Shown here: in pieces, positions 51,001-63,432 of the stretch
Position numbering within the stretch: position 1 is the first letter of the stretch
Layout: each line of letters opens with the position of its first letter
Assembly: GCA_002633005.1 (NCBI GenBank)
Contig: NMRA01000536.1
Coordinates: forward strand, 134,440-198,439
Direction: 5' to 3'
Length of the DNA stretch: 64,000 bases
DNA from: Phoronis australis
Taxonomy: Eukaryota; Animalia; Phoronida
Notes under the pieces: generated by a model
Database searches by the model: none
What the model was told of the DNA's origin: nothing
What the model saw: the letters and a program-made list of their open reading frames with translations, nothing else
Translations under genes and position numbers: made by a program

Positions 51001-52276
51001 ACTCTCGTAATGTAAGTCTTTATCGTGATAGAAATTTATTCCGTTACCAACTCAAATCACAGGTGCACCGTTTACGAATTTGGTAATTGATTTTATGAGA
51101 GTAAAACGTGTAATTTTATTTTTGTTTTAGCCAGCTAAACATGGTGACATATAACTTTAGATAGTCATATTGAGGTGAATAGATCTATCGTCTTGTAACC
51201 AATAAGTCGTTCCATTCACATGCTGTTTAAAAGTCTATTATTGGATTGCGCTCAAGTGTTTGTATACCAGGCACATGTGCCTAATTCCACACATCGGCGC
51301 GCATTGCTTCAAATATAGGCACATGTGCCTGAATACGCGCATAAACCTTTAATTTACAACCTCTAATTCCATTTCAAATATTACGATATTGTTACATCGG
51401 GTGCGGAGGCTATAAGGGGTTGCCGCACTTGCAAATTTGTACTGGAACTGCGGCGGAGTCTGATCGACTCAGAATTTCCCTTTTGGTTATAAAAAAACGT
51501 CAACTTCACAAAACACAGTCCAATATTGACTTCAACACATTTTTAAGAAAGCAAGTTAAAAAATTGTCCGACTTTCAATTCCAAACTAAGTAAACAGTTT
51601 TTATAGGCAGCCCGTGTGTCTTTGTCACTATATCTTCACCTACCTTCCGCTTTTCTAGTAAATAAATAGATAAGGGACATGTAGTAATCTATTTACCCTG
51701 GTTTTGAGCAAGAAACAACAAAACACGCAAAACAAAAATGAAAATGTTTGACTTTCGTTGTGCTTGACGTCGGTCATCGTGTGCAGCGCAGTGGAACAAA
51801 CCAAACACTAAATGTTTCATAGAACACCATAGCATGGCTATATCGCGTTTTCCCGTCAAATCTTTTTATCTTCCGCGAGCATTAACTGAATGGCTTATTG
51901 CCATGTAGTTCAGACCCTTTTAAGTGGATAAATGCTTTTTATTGTGTATTTATTTATCGGCTATGATTTAAAGTGAAGTTTCCACCTTCATTTGCGGGTT
52001 CTATAGAGAGGCGAAGCAGTATACCCGGGAGTGAAAAACATCAAGTGGAACTGGTACCTCGTCACTATTAAGCGAACCAAATTTTGATAACCAGTTTTCT
52101 CCAAACGGGCATAAAACTGGTTCTCAAAATACGGGCAGGTTTTATCAGACTATTGCCGATTATTCTAGGGCGACTATGCAGCTAATGTACGAGTTGAAGA
52201 CGAGGCTGGAACAGTCATGTGTTTGGACCTGAAATTGTCAGTTGAAGATAAAGGAAAGCTGTTCCCTGGAAAGTAA
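42080..52276 (+). CDS. GM2A-like: GM2 ganglioside activator-like / ML (MD-2-related lipid recognition) secreted protein, ~200 aa
   Basis: Exons 42080-42167 (MKGLFVLYLALTAVHAA..QFSNC), 46061-46256 (LDVSPMPVGVPG..KIPCLGNVGS), 47113-47323 (CKYDDVC..TCPLAAGNY..LPNIP) and 52169-52276 (GDYAANVRV..MCLDL..stop); GT-AG boundaries, consistent phases, 603 nt in total. Confidence 0.9.
42497..44633 (+). mobile_element. hAT-like element with a transposase remnant, in intron 1 of the GM2A-like gene
   Basis: TIR cagtggcggatcta / tagatccgccactg with gtgtg on both flanks; ~43480-43670 reads LKGLSA..RDADIVEAYKLIDTAVDEVQALETNIEDIWVEWF (PRKRIR/hAT-like); internal repeats ggtctcg(c/t)gacggaccag at 43808 and 44005. 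Confidence 0.8.
45235..46036. repeat. Two inverted ~150-bp MITE-like copies just upstream of GM2A-like exon 2
   Basis: gtaattacgcccgagacttcg (~45256) versus cgaagtctcgcgtaattac (~45996), with further matching segments. Confidence 0.55.
47802..50691 (-). mobile_element. Decayed L1/Tx1-clade LINE (EN-RT-CCHC), antisense in intron 3 of the GM2A-like gene
   Basis: EN: SLNVRGIN..IYLQETHS..LLNVYFPN; RT: NWRPISFLNCDYK, FLDFKKAYD, GLRQGDPL, QYAEDT; knuckle CPYCDELQTIFHMFYYC; aataaa plus an A-rich tail at 47802-47827; many stops and a large deletion between EN and RT at ~50290. Confidence 0.92.
47981..48037. repeat. (CA)n microsatellite
   Basis: Direct read. Confidence 0.9.
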
Positions 52277-55200
52277 CCTGCAGAAAATGACTGACAGGTT
52301 TTCACAGGTTTTCTGCAAGCACAGCCTGAAATTAAGTGCTCTAGATATTTGAAATAAAATAAAAGTGTTAATTCTAAGCACAGGATTGTTTATTTTCATC
52401 CAATGATGTTCAGGGGCGAATCCAAGATTTTTTAAAACGGGATGGTCGGATCAAGGATTTTTTCAATGCTATATTTCATATCACTAAAATGAAAAATGGG
52501 GTACGGACCCCCTTGACCCCCCTTGATACGCCTGGACTGTTGCAAACACTAATAAATGAAACGTTGAAAGTATGACCTGTCATAGTAGGCAGGGTTGCCC
52601 ATCTGTCCCAACACTTCGTTAATCCACTAGAATTAACTAGGACAAATGGTTATGATCAATAATGATTATAGTGGGTTCCGAATGCTCCTTACGGACCGCT
52701 TTGTGCTTTGTATAGTCCCGTCTTTTTTTGAACGATAATCAAAACTTTACAACTTAAAAACATCTAAAAAAGTACTCCAAATTCGTCGTTTTAAATTTGC
52801 GAGTGTAAACTGTCCACATGTTTATGAAACAATTGTGTTATAGACACTAAATACAAATACAACGAATGTTAGTCTTCGTTCTCGTCTTTTGTCCTCGGCA
52901 TTCTGAAAACAGAAGTCGGAATATTTCTCTCCACTTAATTCGTTAGTGCGGCAGACCCTCAACTTGAAATCAAGTTCACTTGACCACATCATGAAAAACC
53001 ATCTTGGACATGTGCTTTTTTAATTTGCTCAACCGACGGCCTGGTTGTAATTTCGCTCACGTCAACTATCGACCTTATAATCGACGACGGGGCTAATCCA
53101 TCATATGATTCAAATGCAAACAATGCGTCGTATATAGCTGAAAACACAAGTAGTTCCTTCTCGGTTTCCGAGAAAGCATGAACAGGCATCAAAGTGGGCA
53201 TATTTATTCCTTATTATCTGTGTTAAAAATAACACCCGTCATTCCCACACGCAGAGAGTGGTGGCATCTTGCGTTTTTATGTAACCATGTAGTTTTCTTC
53301 GACATAAAACTGCACACGAGGCCAATGTTGTGACTTTGAATTTTTCATGTCTCTGATGTTTCATTGGAAACTATATGTTTGCAGTCGGCAAACCTTGATG
53401 ATTTGCCTGACTGCTATCCGTTTTTTATGCAAGGCACTCGCGAGGAGCATCGATTGCGGAACCAAAGACAAAATATAACACAATTCAACATGAACAGCCT
53501 CGCCAACAAATCTCCATTGGGGACGTCATTTTACTAACCTGCGATAATAAGGTCCCTAGCTTACTGGTGAAGGACTTGTCTTTCGCGAGAATTCGCGTTT
53601 TCTTACTTAGTCATAGCTTTTTCGTGAGGCTCATGTGTCACCTCAGAATGCACCGTATTTTAAAAGTCACAGGAAGTTCAAAGGGGTGAAGACGACGTCA
53701 AATACGAGGGCATGTTTTCAACGCACTGCAATCAACAAAATACGAAGAACCAACACTCTAATTTCTTCTCGCCTGCGCGAAGTCATGGTTTAGTTAACTT
53801 GTACTGTATTCGCGATTGCATTGAATTTCGTCACCGCCGGCTTTTTGCCTACAGCAAACTTAATATACGTTTTTTCATTCGATGATGGTTTCGATGTTGT
53901 TGTTGGTAACGGAAATAGAACACCATATATACTTCGGAGTAAACGGATTAATTCGTTTTTAGTTTTTCAGCCCGTTAAATAGGGCGAAATGAAGCTTTAA
54001 GCAGACACGTTAACCATACAACAAGCTTTGACACACTACACTAATCAGGCTGATGTGAGCAACTCCTGTATCAAAATGTGACAACATCCGTCCCTGATTG
54101 CAGGGTACTCGTTCACGTGAGGGGAAAGGTGTCTGTGCCATCTTAGAGAGGAATTATTTGGTGTAGGAAAATTCCTCCGGGTCAGCATCAGTTCCATTTC
54201 AGTCGACACCCCTCATCGGCGTTGTCTCACATAGTCAAAACTGATATTTTGAAGCAATTCTAACCTTGAGTGTGATTTTTTAGTCAAAGGAGGGGAATTT
54301 TTGCGCTTGATGGGGGTATTTCGGTTAATTTCCAAATATCTTTTACAAGGTAATGGAGCGATATTCCTCCCGAAAACCGAGGATTGGGTTGCAATTGCCA
54401 TTCCCATTCTAGGAGAAATGGTCCGTTGCTGCTTCAATTATTTTGCCGTGACTTTTTGGGTAACCAACTCCCCCGCAGGCATATCCTCAATTTGAACAAT
54501 GCAAGTGCTTGATAGACGACACCCTTGACATTGAGACTTTGCAACTATTCCACTCATAAAATACACTTTTAAAACGATGTTGATCTACAAGTGACACTTT
54601 AAATTTTTTTAGAGACTTACTCTATTTTTAGCGCTGTGTGTTCGTATTTAACCCCAAGATATGTATTACTTGTACACGCTTCAGTCACAAAGCACCATTT
54701 AATCCTTTAGGTACGTTCATCTCCGGCCGTTGCACAGGAAGGCCCCATTGCAGACACAACCTTGTTCAAGAATTTCCAATTTTCTTGCCAGTATGGCGAC
54801 GAAACGGAACATGCGACCAAAATTTTGTTTTGGGAACAGCAACAATAGTAAAGTACACGTCACGAAGAGTGTAAAAAATATTTCCTATGAGTGCTTGGCG
54901 ACCTTGTTTCGGTTCAGCTGTTGAGTATGCCGATAGTTTGGCAATACCCTAGCTCTTACAAGTCAATTTTCGCGACTGTTTATGTTACACCAAAGTACGT
55001 CACTTTCCGTTGGCGCATATGCGCATGCACACATGCCGCAATTTGCCATTTAATTTTATGTAGTAGTAATACGCACAGACGAGACTTACACGCGCGCCTA
55101 CGCAAACACGCACGTGCGTCCATACGCACGTCCACACACGCGCGCGTGAACACCCACATGCACATGACAAACATTCACGGGTTTTTGTCACACGTGTTGG

Positions 55201-55758
55201 TAAAGATGCTATGTCGTGTCTACTAGCACCGTTTACTACTTACACACATGTTTGAAATTTGTTATTCTAAATACGAGACAACGTCACTGACTGAAAAGGG
55301 GTGGATGATCGTTTGTTTTGTCCAGTATTTTTTGCTTAAATGCAAGCTTTTATTTCGAATATGCTATAAATAAATACTTCTAATTAGGAGTTAATTTCAA
55401 GATGACGTTTTACTGCAACATACATTGTCAGGTTTCTGAATCGATGTTTACGGAGCGAAAACGGACTTCCATCTCAAAATGCAAATCATCATGGTGTAAG
55501 TAAATCTATCCATTCTATAATTGAAATGTGAGTATACTGACATACCGAAAAATAACTCCTCTGCCTCAACCAAAGACACCGCACATGTACGTAAACAACT
55601 TGTTACCGCCCTTGACGTCAGCCGATATTTACGGAAAAGACCGAATAATGACGACTTTGAGCGCACTCATCTGTGCTCAAACGGGTATATATATATGGGC
55701 AGGTCTGACAACTTAACTTCATTCTAAAATTGTTGTGCTGACAATAACCACGAGAGAG

Positions 55759-58118
55759 ATGCATTCCGTTAACTTTTGTTTCATCACCGCTGTCACGTTT
55801 GCCTGTGCCTACGGTAGCCAAGCAGTGCTCGGCCGCCTGCCTTCAACGCCGGTGCTTGGTGAGCGATTGGAGAGAATTGAACGTTTACTTGGAATTTCAC
55901 CAGTGGGACACACAAGTAAGTTTTTTGTTCATCATCATCACACCATCTTTATCGTCGTTGTCGCCATCACCATCAGAATCACCATTATTATTTTTAACTC
56001 GACTGTGACTGACCGTTCCACAATGGTACAGTGGAGAATGAATTTCAGCTGAGACATGATGAGAAAAGACTATGTTGATGAGATGATTAGAAATATGAGT
56101 GCATCAATAGGCATAAAGTAAAAAGAAATTGCTAGAACAAAATAAGTGTTGACAGAGTGTCCTAGTTGGTTAAAATACATGTGGATAATGCAATATAGGT
56201 CGAATTTTCGACAGTAGATTCTGGTGTACTCGCAATATTGCATCCCGGGATTTACGGCGGGTGTGCATTGAAAGATAAAAATACCTAAAGCGAACACTAG
56301 GCACCTGCAGTTCCAGTGGTGTAGCGGGGCGTAGGTGCACGTAGGCGCAGCCAACCACCTTTTGGCATTTGAACGTTGAGCTATGTTCAGTGCTCAAGGT
56401 TATAACGTGGGCTTTGAGCGCCTGCTTACCTCTAATTCTACTACTACAGCACTGAATCAGTTCTACGCTTGAAGATGGGGTCTATCTATATTCCGTTTAG
56501 TACCGTGTGCAGGGGTACGTTCAATATGGAGCCGTGTTTCACCTAAATCCCGGAAATGCAATTTCATTGCTGTGTTTGTTTTTCATCTGGAATTGTCTAT
56601 ATTGAATTTTCCACAACGTGATCACCGACCATCGTCAGGTGAATGACATCGTTGGGATTTGAAACCAGCAATGGAGGTTTTATAGGATAAATGTAGAAGT
56701 TGTATAGCTTTGTAAGCTCACGCTTCGGCAAAATAGGTGCCATCTTTTTCAAACTACTTACTGGAGCAACAATTGCATGTTCTGTGTCGACTCATGTGTA
56801 ATAGCCTATCTGCCTTCAGTCGTGTACACTATATACAACTGTGGATACATTGACTCTATATATGCCCAGCTACCTTCCAAAGACAGTTGTGACCAAATGC
56901 TATCTATTAGACCTAAAGAACACTAAACTATGTACATTTTTCAGACAGAGGGTGTCCGCCTAGTTTTCGACGCTTTCAAAGTTCCTGTTATCATTTCGGT
57001 ATTGCTCCGATCACGTGGCACATGGCAAAGATCGCCTGTCGGCAGATGGGAGCCAAACTGGTATCCGTGGAGACATATCCTGAGGATGATTTTATTCTAC
57101 GAAACATCAAATCTCTATCAGGTATATAGCCTACTGATGAGTGGCATATTACATTGGCGATGGCAGGCTTACTAACTATGGTTTAAACTGACGATTGTTT
57201 GCTGAAAAACGTTCACTTAAAATAAATCTGGTATCACTTATCGCGTTGTCACGTGGTTTTTACATTCAGGTTTGATCGCGTGTATAATTGGGCCACAAAA
57301 ATATCATCAGGATGAACTTTCTTCTAAGGCTTATAACTTTGTTCTTCCAATCAACTCCATCGTCTTCTTATCCCAAGAATTGAAAATGGCTGAAATAAAA
57401 CCTTTTACGCCGTTATAATGCTTCGGTGGCTGAGCGTTGAACTAAACTGCCGTGACGAGCAAACGTCATGGGCGTGTTCTGAAGCGCTAATCAGCTGTCA
57501 GCTCTTATCAAGCCGAGAAATCATTTCTAATCTTAATGAGAAAGAATAGAGTCCGATTTTATGATGGTGATGGGCGTAAATCAAAAGTTTTGTTTTGACA
57601 GAGGGCGCTCATCGACGACAAAAATGGTTCCAGGTGATCAGTGCAATGGGCCCACATGCGCGGCCTGCGCACGTCTGGTACAACGTGTACCAGGCAGCGT
57701 GCAATTATTTTTTATCATCGACGCCATTTTGATGTAAAAAATTCTGAATTTTTTCCTTGTGTGCCGACAGATCACTAAATTTTTACATGTACAACGAATA
57801 ACGGTGTTACCATATGGATTTTGGTAATGAATTTCGAAGACTCTGGTGCCATTTTTTGCAGAATCTTCAACTTTGATTGCCTTTTGGACAAGTGGTAACG
57901 ATCTTAGTCGCGATAACCATTGGATTTGGGATTCGACTGGACAAGAGTTCGGCAATTATCGGCCCTGGAGTCCGGGTCAACCGAACGCCGGAGATGGGCA
58001 ATGCCTGATCTACTACGCAGAAGACCTTTGGAGATGGCATGATCTACCCTGTACAGTGAATCAATATAAGGGCAAAGGCACTGGTTTTATATGTGAGAAA
58101 GATATAGCAATGCCCTAA
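55759..58118 (+). CDS. Secreted C-type lectin (perlucin-like), ~196 aa
   Basis: Exons 55759-55915 (signal MHSVNFCFITAVTFACAYG), 56945-57121 (CPPSFRRFQSSCYHF..TWHMAKIACRQMGAKLVSVE) and 57862-58118 (FWTSGND..WSPGQPN..CL..WHDLPC..FICE); consistent phases; TATA-like tatatata at ~55687. Confidence 0.92.
56314..56454. mobile_element. Second copy of the ~135-bp hAT-like MITE, in lectin intron 1
   Basis: Colinear with 24400-24535; ends in actacagcactg. Confidence 0.75.
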
Positions 58119-58769
58119 GTTATAGCAGTATAATAGTTTTGTTGTCACAGCTAAATTTTATTTATATTTTGTACAGTTATAATTTTTTTTCACCATCTTG
58201 GAAGCTTACAGTGACACGGCACTCGGTCCACATTCCTCGGTCTCGTAATATTCCTTACCATGATAAAATTCTATTTACGCTAGAAACAAGAACATCGAAA
58301 GCATCAGTTACTCAAGAATTTAAACGCTTCACAGTTGAATGGGGTCGTGCAATCCTAAAATTACGAATTCGTAAATGGCGCAGCCAATGTCTTTCCCTCA
58401 CTGCTTTAATGATTTAGATTCAATATTTGCATACAACGACGATTTTTGTAACTTTGAAAGTAAGCTGGCGCATAAGATTCTGTCTAATTTAGCATTGTTT
58501 GTGTAAAACTCAGCAGGTGCACCCGAATGTGAAGTAAACACTATTTTGTGGTGTAGCTATTTTGTGAAACGATAGAACATATTTTTCTATAGAATGTGTT
58601 CAATGAATTGAATCTATTTAATTAATGTCTACAGCGTCTACTGGTGTACTTATCCTTAGCACACGTTCGCGTCGTCTGTGATATGAGTGTTCAAAACATT
58701 GCACTTGATACTAATTATGAGCCGATGATAGATTGTAATCGAAAAAGTTTTGTTGTATTACACATCAGT

Positions 58770-59068
58770 TATCACAACAAACAGTGATTAACCGATTGGC
58801 GACTGCCGCGAAGTCGACATCGGCCAGTACAGGTATCAATATTGTAAACACAGAATAATCGTTAAAATAATCACAAACCTTACCTTTGTATAAAGTCATG
58901 CTTACTTCCCCTCTTAGAAACACCTTTTTCAGGCAATCTCAGATTCAGGTGGCCCGGCTGCAAGCCATTTCACCATGTTTTAAAGGGCTCGCGAAATCGA
59001 GGCTGCCTAATCTATCACCATTAGTGCACGCGCGCCCTCTAGTAATGTAAAGATTGTCGAATAGCCCC
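58770..59068. mobile_element. Solo right end of the ISL2EU-like family
   Basis: Colinear with 6095-6380 (aataatcacaaaccttacctttgtata, gcagccatttcacc) and ends in cgaatagcccc|at. Confidence 0.75.
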
Positions 59069-59946
59069 ATTGACTGCACTTTAGGGTTAGTCTATTTCCT
59101 TGTCGAGAGCACATCATTTCCGGCACAATAAATTTCCGGCTTTTGAAATGGATTGTGATTATTATTCATTCAAAAAACCTGCACCGTCACCAATTTCATT
59201 GTTCTTGCCTTCAATAAAGTGTACTTCAACTCCTCATCGATCATACTACGGAATTTGTAATACTAATTTCTGAACTCAACGCATTCACACTCTTTTTTGG
59301 CGGATCATTCCTCAAAATTCTGTGACTTTACTGTCTTAATGACTATGACTATCAACATGTACCTCATATAGTAAAATAACACATCACAACATACCACAAC
59401 AACTATTTAAAGTAGGAAAATTTATTTTTTGAATTAATGCTTTTGTTCACACCAGGAAGGAAACAACCCAGCCAGCACAATATGTTAGATTTGAATACAA
59501 GGACATGGCCTTAAAGACTACACTAACGAAACAGTGAACCCCACAGTTTTTAAGCACACCAATTAGTGTAATCATATTTACTGTTCGTTGATTACGGAAG
59601 TATCAATTGTACATTGATGAAAACAGTGTCTCTAGACTTGATAGCGTTGATTCAAGCAGTGCGAGCTCGCTCACGACACAGATGTGTGAAAAGAATTCGG
59701 ATTGTCTCCACTAGGATGGGCGTGTCATCGTTCTCCAGCAGCAATAAAATTGACTGTAATGTACAGTTAAAAAGTGAGCATGAAGCAGTAACATTTTTAC
59801 CTGGTAAACAAGTCACCTTTAAGTGGCACTTGTATTGTTTGACTTGTCAACAAGTAATCCTAATAGTGGCAATTGTATAAATAAATCAAATAGATGCTGG
59901 TAGTTAACGACAGAAGTTACTGACGGATAAGAATATAAAATAGCAA

Positions 59947-60165
59947 AAATAAAACGACGAGCGTCGGAACTAAAGTATATTAAGATATCCCCTACGTTTC
60001 GAGCGATGCACTCTTTATCAAGGGTATGATGCAGACTGCTGAATAGATGGATATAAATAAAATCGCACAGGTGACCGCAGGTGTCTTTCCATTGAAAGAG
60101 CGCATCGATCGAAACGTGGGGAATATTTTGATATATTTTAGTATCGACGCAAGTCGTTTTATTTT
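59947..60165. repeat. ~75-bp inverted repeat with hammerhead-like motifs, probable Penelope-like remnant
   Basis: Arms 59947-60023 and 60090-60165 are reverse complements with mismatches; each contains ttga(ta)aagag-(t/c)gcatcg-(c/a)tcgaaacgt. Confidence 0.55.
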
Positions 60166-61772
60166 AATATTTTTGAAATTGTAAAATTTTGACTTGTCAA
60201 CAAGTAATCCTTAAAGTTGTTCTTGCTTCCTGCAACTTATTTGTTTTTATCATAAACAATTAATTAACTCTTGCAAAAAATACATTGAGCTCATTAATCA
60301 GTTTGCAGTGGTCAGTTTGTAAGGAAATGATTCCTAACTCCTGCCTGGTGTTACAACACAAAACAAATATAATGGTGAAGAGACAAATGAAAATCACAAC
60401 CAAATTATGTTCTTTTGTTATTTTTAACAAGTCAGTATCTCAGGACTGTCGTAACGGGGGGGAGGGAGTAAATTGTTTCCAAAATGAACGCCTAGGCCTA
60501 CAAGTAGACATGCCTAATCCCTATTTACTATGTACACACGCCTGTCTATTATACGACAAAAATCTCATATGCAAACCAACTGCTTCAGTTTTAGTGCTAA
60601 GCAATTAAAATTCACAAAAGCGGGTATCGCTAGACATTAATCATTGAGTGCATAAACAAGTATAAATACAAGTACAAGCTCAATGTTTGACATACCCAGC
60701 AAATCTAAGTAATATCAAGTCCTGGTCGCATCGTAAAAGTCAGTGGTAAGTATCCTTTGCATTGGGGATCTATTTCTATAAATAGAATAGGCGTTTCGTG
60801 CGACTCGAAGGGCAGAAGAACAAATAGTTTCGAATTGTGGATTTTCTACCATTTCACATTTGTTTTTGGTAAGACCACCAAAGCTCTCTCACGTTGTAAA
60901 TGGGGTAACTTAAATTTTATTGCAATTATGCATTGTTGATTGTAAAATCACAGCCAACAACCAAAAAACACAGTCGTTCGAGTCCGTATTCCGACCCATT
61001 TCGACACCTTGCCGACAAAAAGCGCCAACTTGAATTAATTTCAGTCAAGATGTCGTGTGCTTTTTGAAAAGCTGCCCAAAGTCACGCAAGTAAGGTTGAA
61101 AATGCTATGATTTGTCAAGCGATGGGAGAAAAAATCATCTGCATTGTTTTACTCGTCCTCGGGTGGATTTTCAATCATGGAAAAGTAAGCAACTTGAAAA
61201 AACAATCCACCATCGCCTTAATTTTCAACAAAAACACACAACTACATGGGCGCACCCAGCGTTCCTAACGTTGTGGACCTTTTGTTACAAAATAGCCGGC
61301 GGACTGAAAAAAAACGGGTGCACCACTGTGAATTAGGCGTTTATTCTTGTTCAGTGGACGTTTGTCTCATTTACTCTGACACTTTGTTTCTCCCACGCGG
61401 ACCTTTTTGCCCACTTCGCCAAATAGGGGGGAGGGCTCATTTGAGCCCCCCGAGCCCCTCCCTTCCCTGGGCGCGCGATGAACCACTCATGTTTTTGCCT
61501 TATCTCAGGCAACGCAGGCAAAACAGGCTCTATGTTGTTGTCATCGCAACAGTTTTTTCAAAAGTATACTTTGAAATATTTTTATTTGTTATTGAAATAT
61601 GTCACTAGTGTTGTTCCGACGAAGCTAGTTAGAAACCTTATGTTTCAGAGTCAAAATGAAGGCTGAAATAGTTGTGTTTCTGGCTATAATCGCGATGGCG
61701 TGGGCTCAGAGGGTAAGTTCGTTTATAAACGACACCAAGTGCAGGAGTTCATTGACCAGATAGAACTGTTAA

Positions 61773-63432
61773 AGGAGCATGCTACCCAAAAAACAACCTA
61801 ATTTGTATCAATTTAGATCGAGTAGTTTTACTTCATAACGACACCTACGGTTGCGTTACCTGACACCTGGCAGCAGACGGAGGTGTCGAAATTATGCAAT
61901 GACGTCATCGGTTTCACACGCAGTCTGTTCAGCAGTTCACAACACGGGTTACTGGTGTCAGCTTTTGAAGTCATCGTTTAACACCAATAAATCATCAAAC
62001 TTCGTTATAAAACGCTTGAAAATACATCGAGTTCTTTAACGTGTTGTTTTATTTCGCTCTTACGGATTTATTGGTATTTGGACACACCGTAGCCTACAAA
62101 GTTCGGCAGGCCAATAAGGTCCGAAGCAGGAGATTGGGGCCTGTTCGGAGATAATTTCGAAGTATTTTCCGTGAGATACAGACGGGAGAACCTAGATCTG
62201 TGTTTTTTAGACTTGTGATTTTTTTAGTTCTAAACACAGAACGCTTGTTATCCTGGCCAGTGGCTAGGAGCCCGATCAGGCCCGTCGCGGCCGGGCCGGA
62301 TTGACTCGTTATGCCGGTCAATGGCTCGGAAACTGATCAGACATCACGAACATAAACCAGCCAAAGTTCAGTGGAAACTAAACTTCCAGTCAAGAAAATA
62401 CTATACTAGTGAGCCAACGTAATGTGCACGTGATTATGTTGGTAAGTTAGCCACGAAACTGCAAATCTACTTACTCGTCGGGGGCCGCGAATTCAAGTTC
62501 CGGTTGGCCTTAGGCACCGTCAGGGCAGAAGTTGTACATTGACAATCATTATTTGAGTAATGTAAATGTAAATACAGATTCCCCTAACATCTGGCCGTCA
62601 CGGTGGGATGGAAATCGAGTTGTTTCACAACAGTTTCTGCCAGCAAACACTAAATTAGCATGAGCTCACACGGCCTCGGTCTGAAGTCAATTAGTTTTAT
62701 TGCACCTAAACCCGGTAACGCAGTGATTTATTCATTGCTGGCTTCTCAAATCATTTGCACTCACGAACATTACAAAGGCATTACAAATTGCATCTACTGA
62801 GACAGACTTTGTTTCAGTTTTATACAACTATTGGTTAGGGTGAGAACAATTCATTTTGAAACAGAATGCGCAGTAACATACGCCAGCATGGCAACTCGCA
62901 ATCCCGACTTAGGACGAGCTAGAGCTCATCAGTCCCGACTTCGTAGGTGGATCGTTAAGTCTTACAGGCTATCAATTCGAACAGAAATACAGTGATGAAG
63001 AAATACTAGAGAAGCGCCGTGAACAAGCCCAAACAACGGAACGTATGGAGTTATTTGGTAAGCCGGCATTCGTCAGGCACTGTCGACGTCTGCAGGTCAC
63101 AGACACGGAGATGTTTCACGGCCTTATACTTGCTATTTACAGCGTACATTTCATTCTTCACTACCATGAGCCACTTCCTAAGCGTTTCGGACTCTCGAGG
63201 AAGTAAAAAACGATATACCCGATTTCCTCGCAGCTGCTAAGTTCGGTTGCACCGCAACATAGCGGCATTCACTTTGCATATGAACCACTGACGTCGCTAG
63301 CGTCGTTTCTCACCTTCCTCACAGGTTAACGCGACACCTCTTGGCAAGGTAAGGTCGACCGTATTTGAGGCGATGTGGATATAGACCGATTAAGACGGCA
63401 AAAAGACTAATTAAATCGGGTGGCATTCTCCT
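61773..63432 (-). mobile_element. Second Kolobok-like THAP-remnant element, inverted relative to 24832-26484
   Basis: TTAA flanks; ends aggagcatgctaccc / gggtggcattctcct; the minus strand reads MPLCCGA..LRKWLMVVKNEMYAVNSKYKAVKHLRVC. Confidence 0.85.

Noticed and set aside
52989-53201. 70-aa ORF and similar short ORFs at 13882-14857 and 27290-28300
   Set aside because: No motif or splice support that I can recognise; possibly old TE debris.
57130-57170. ctgatgag hammerhead-core matches (also on the minus strand near 23330, 26765 and 62928)
   Set aside because: No stem II followed by GAAA at a suitable distance.
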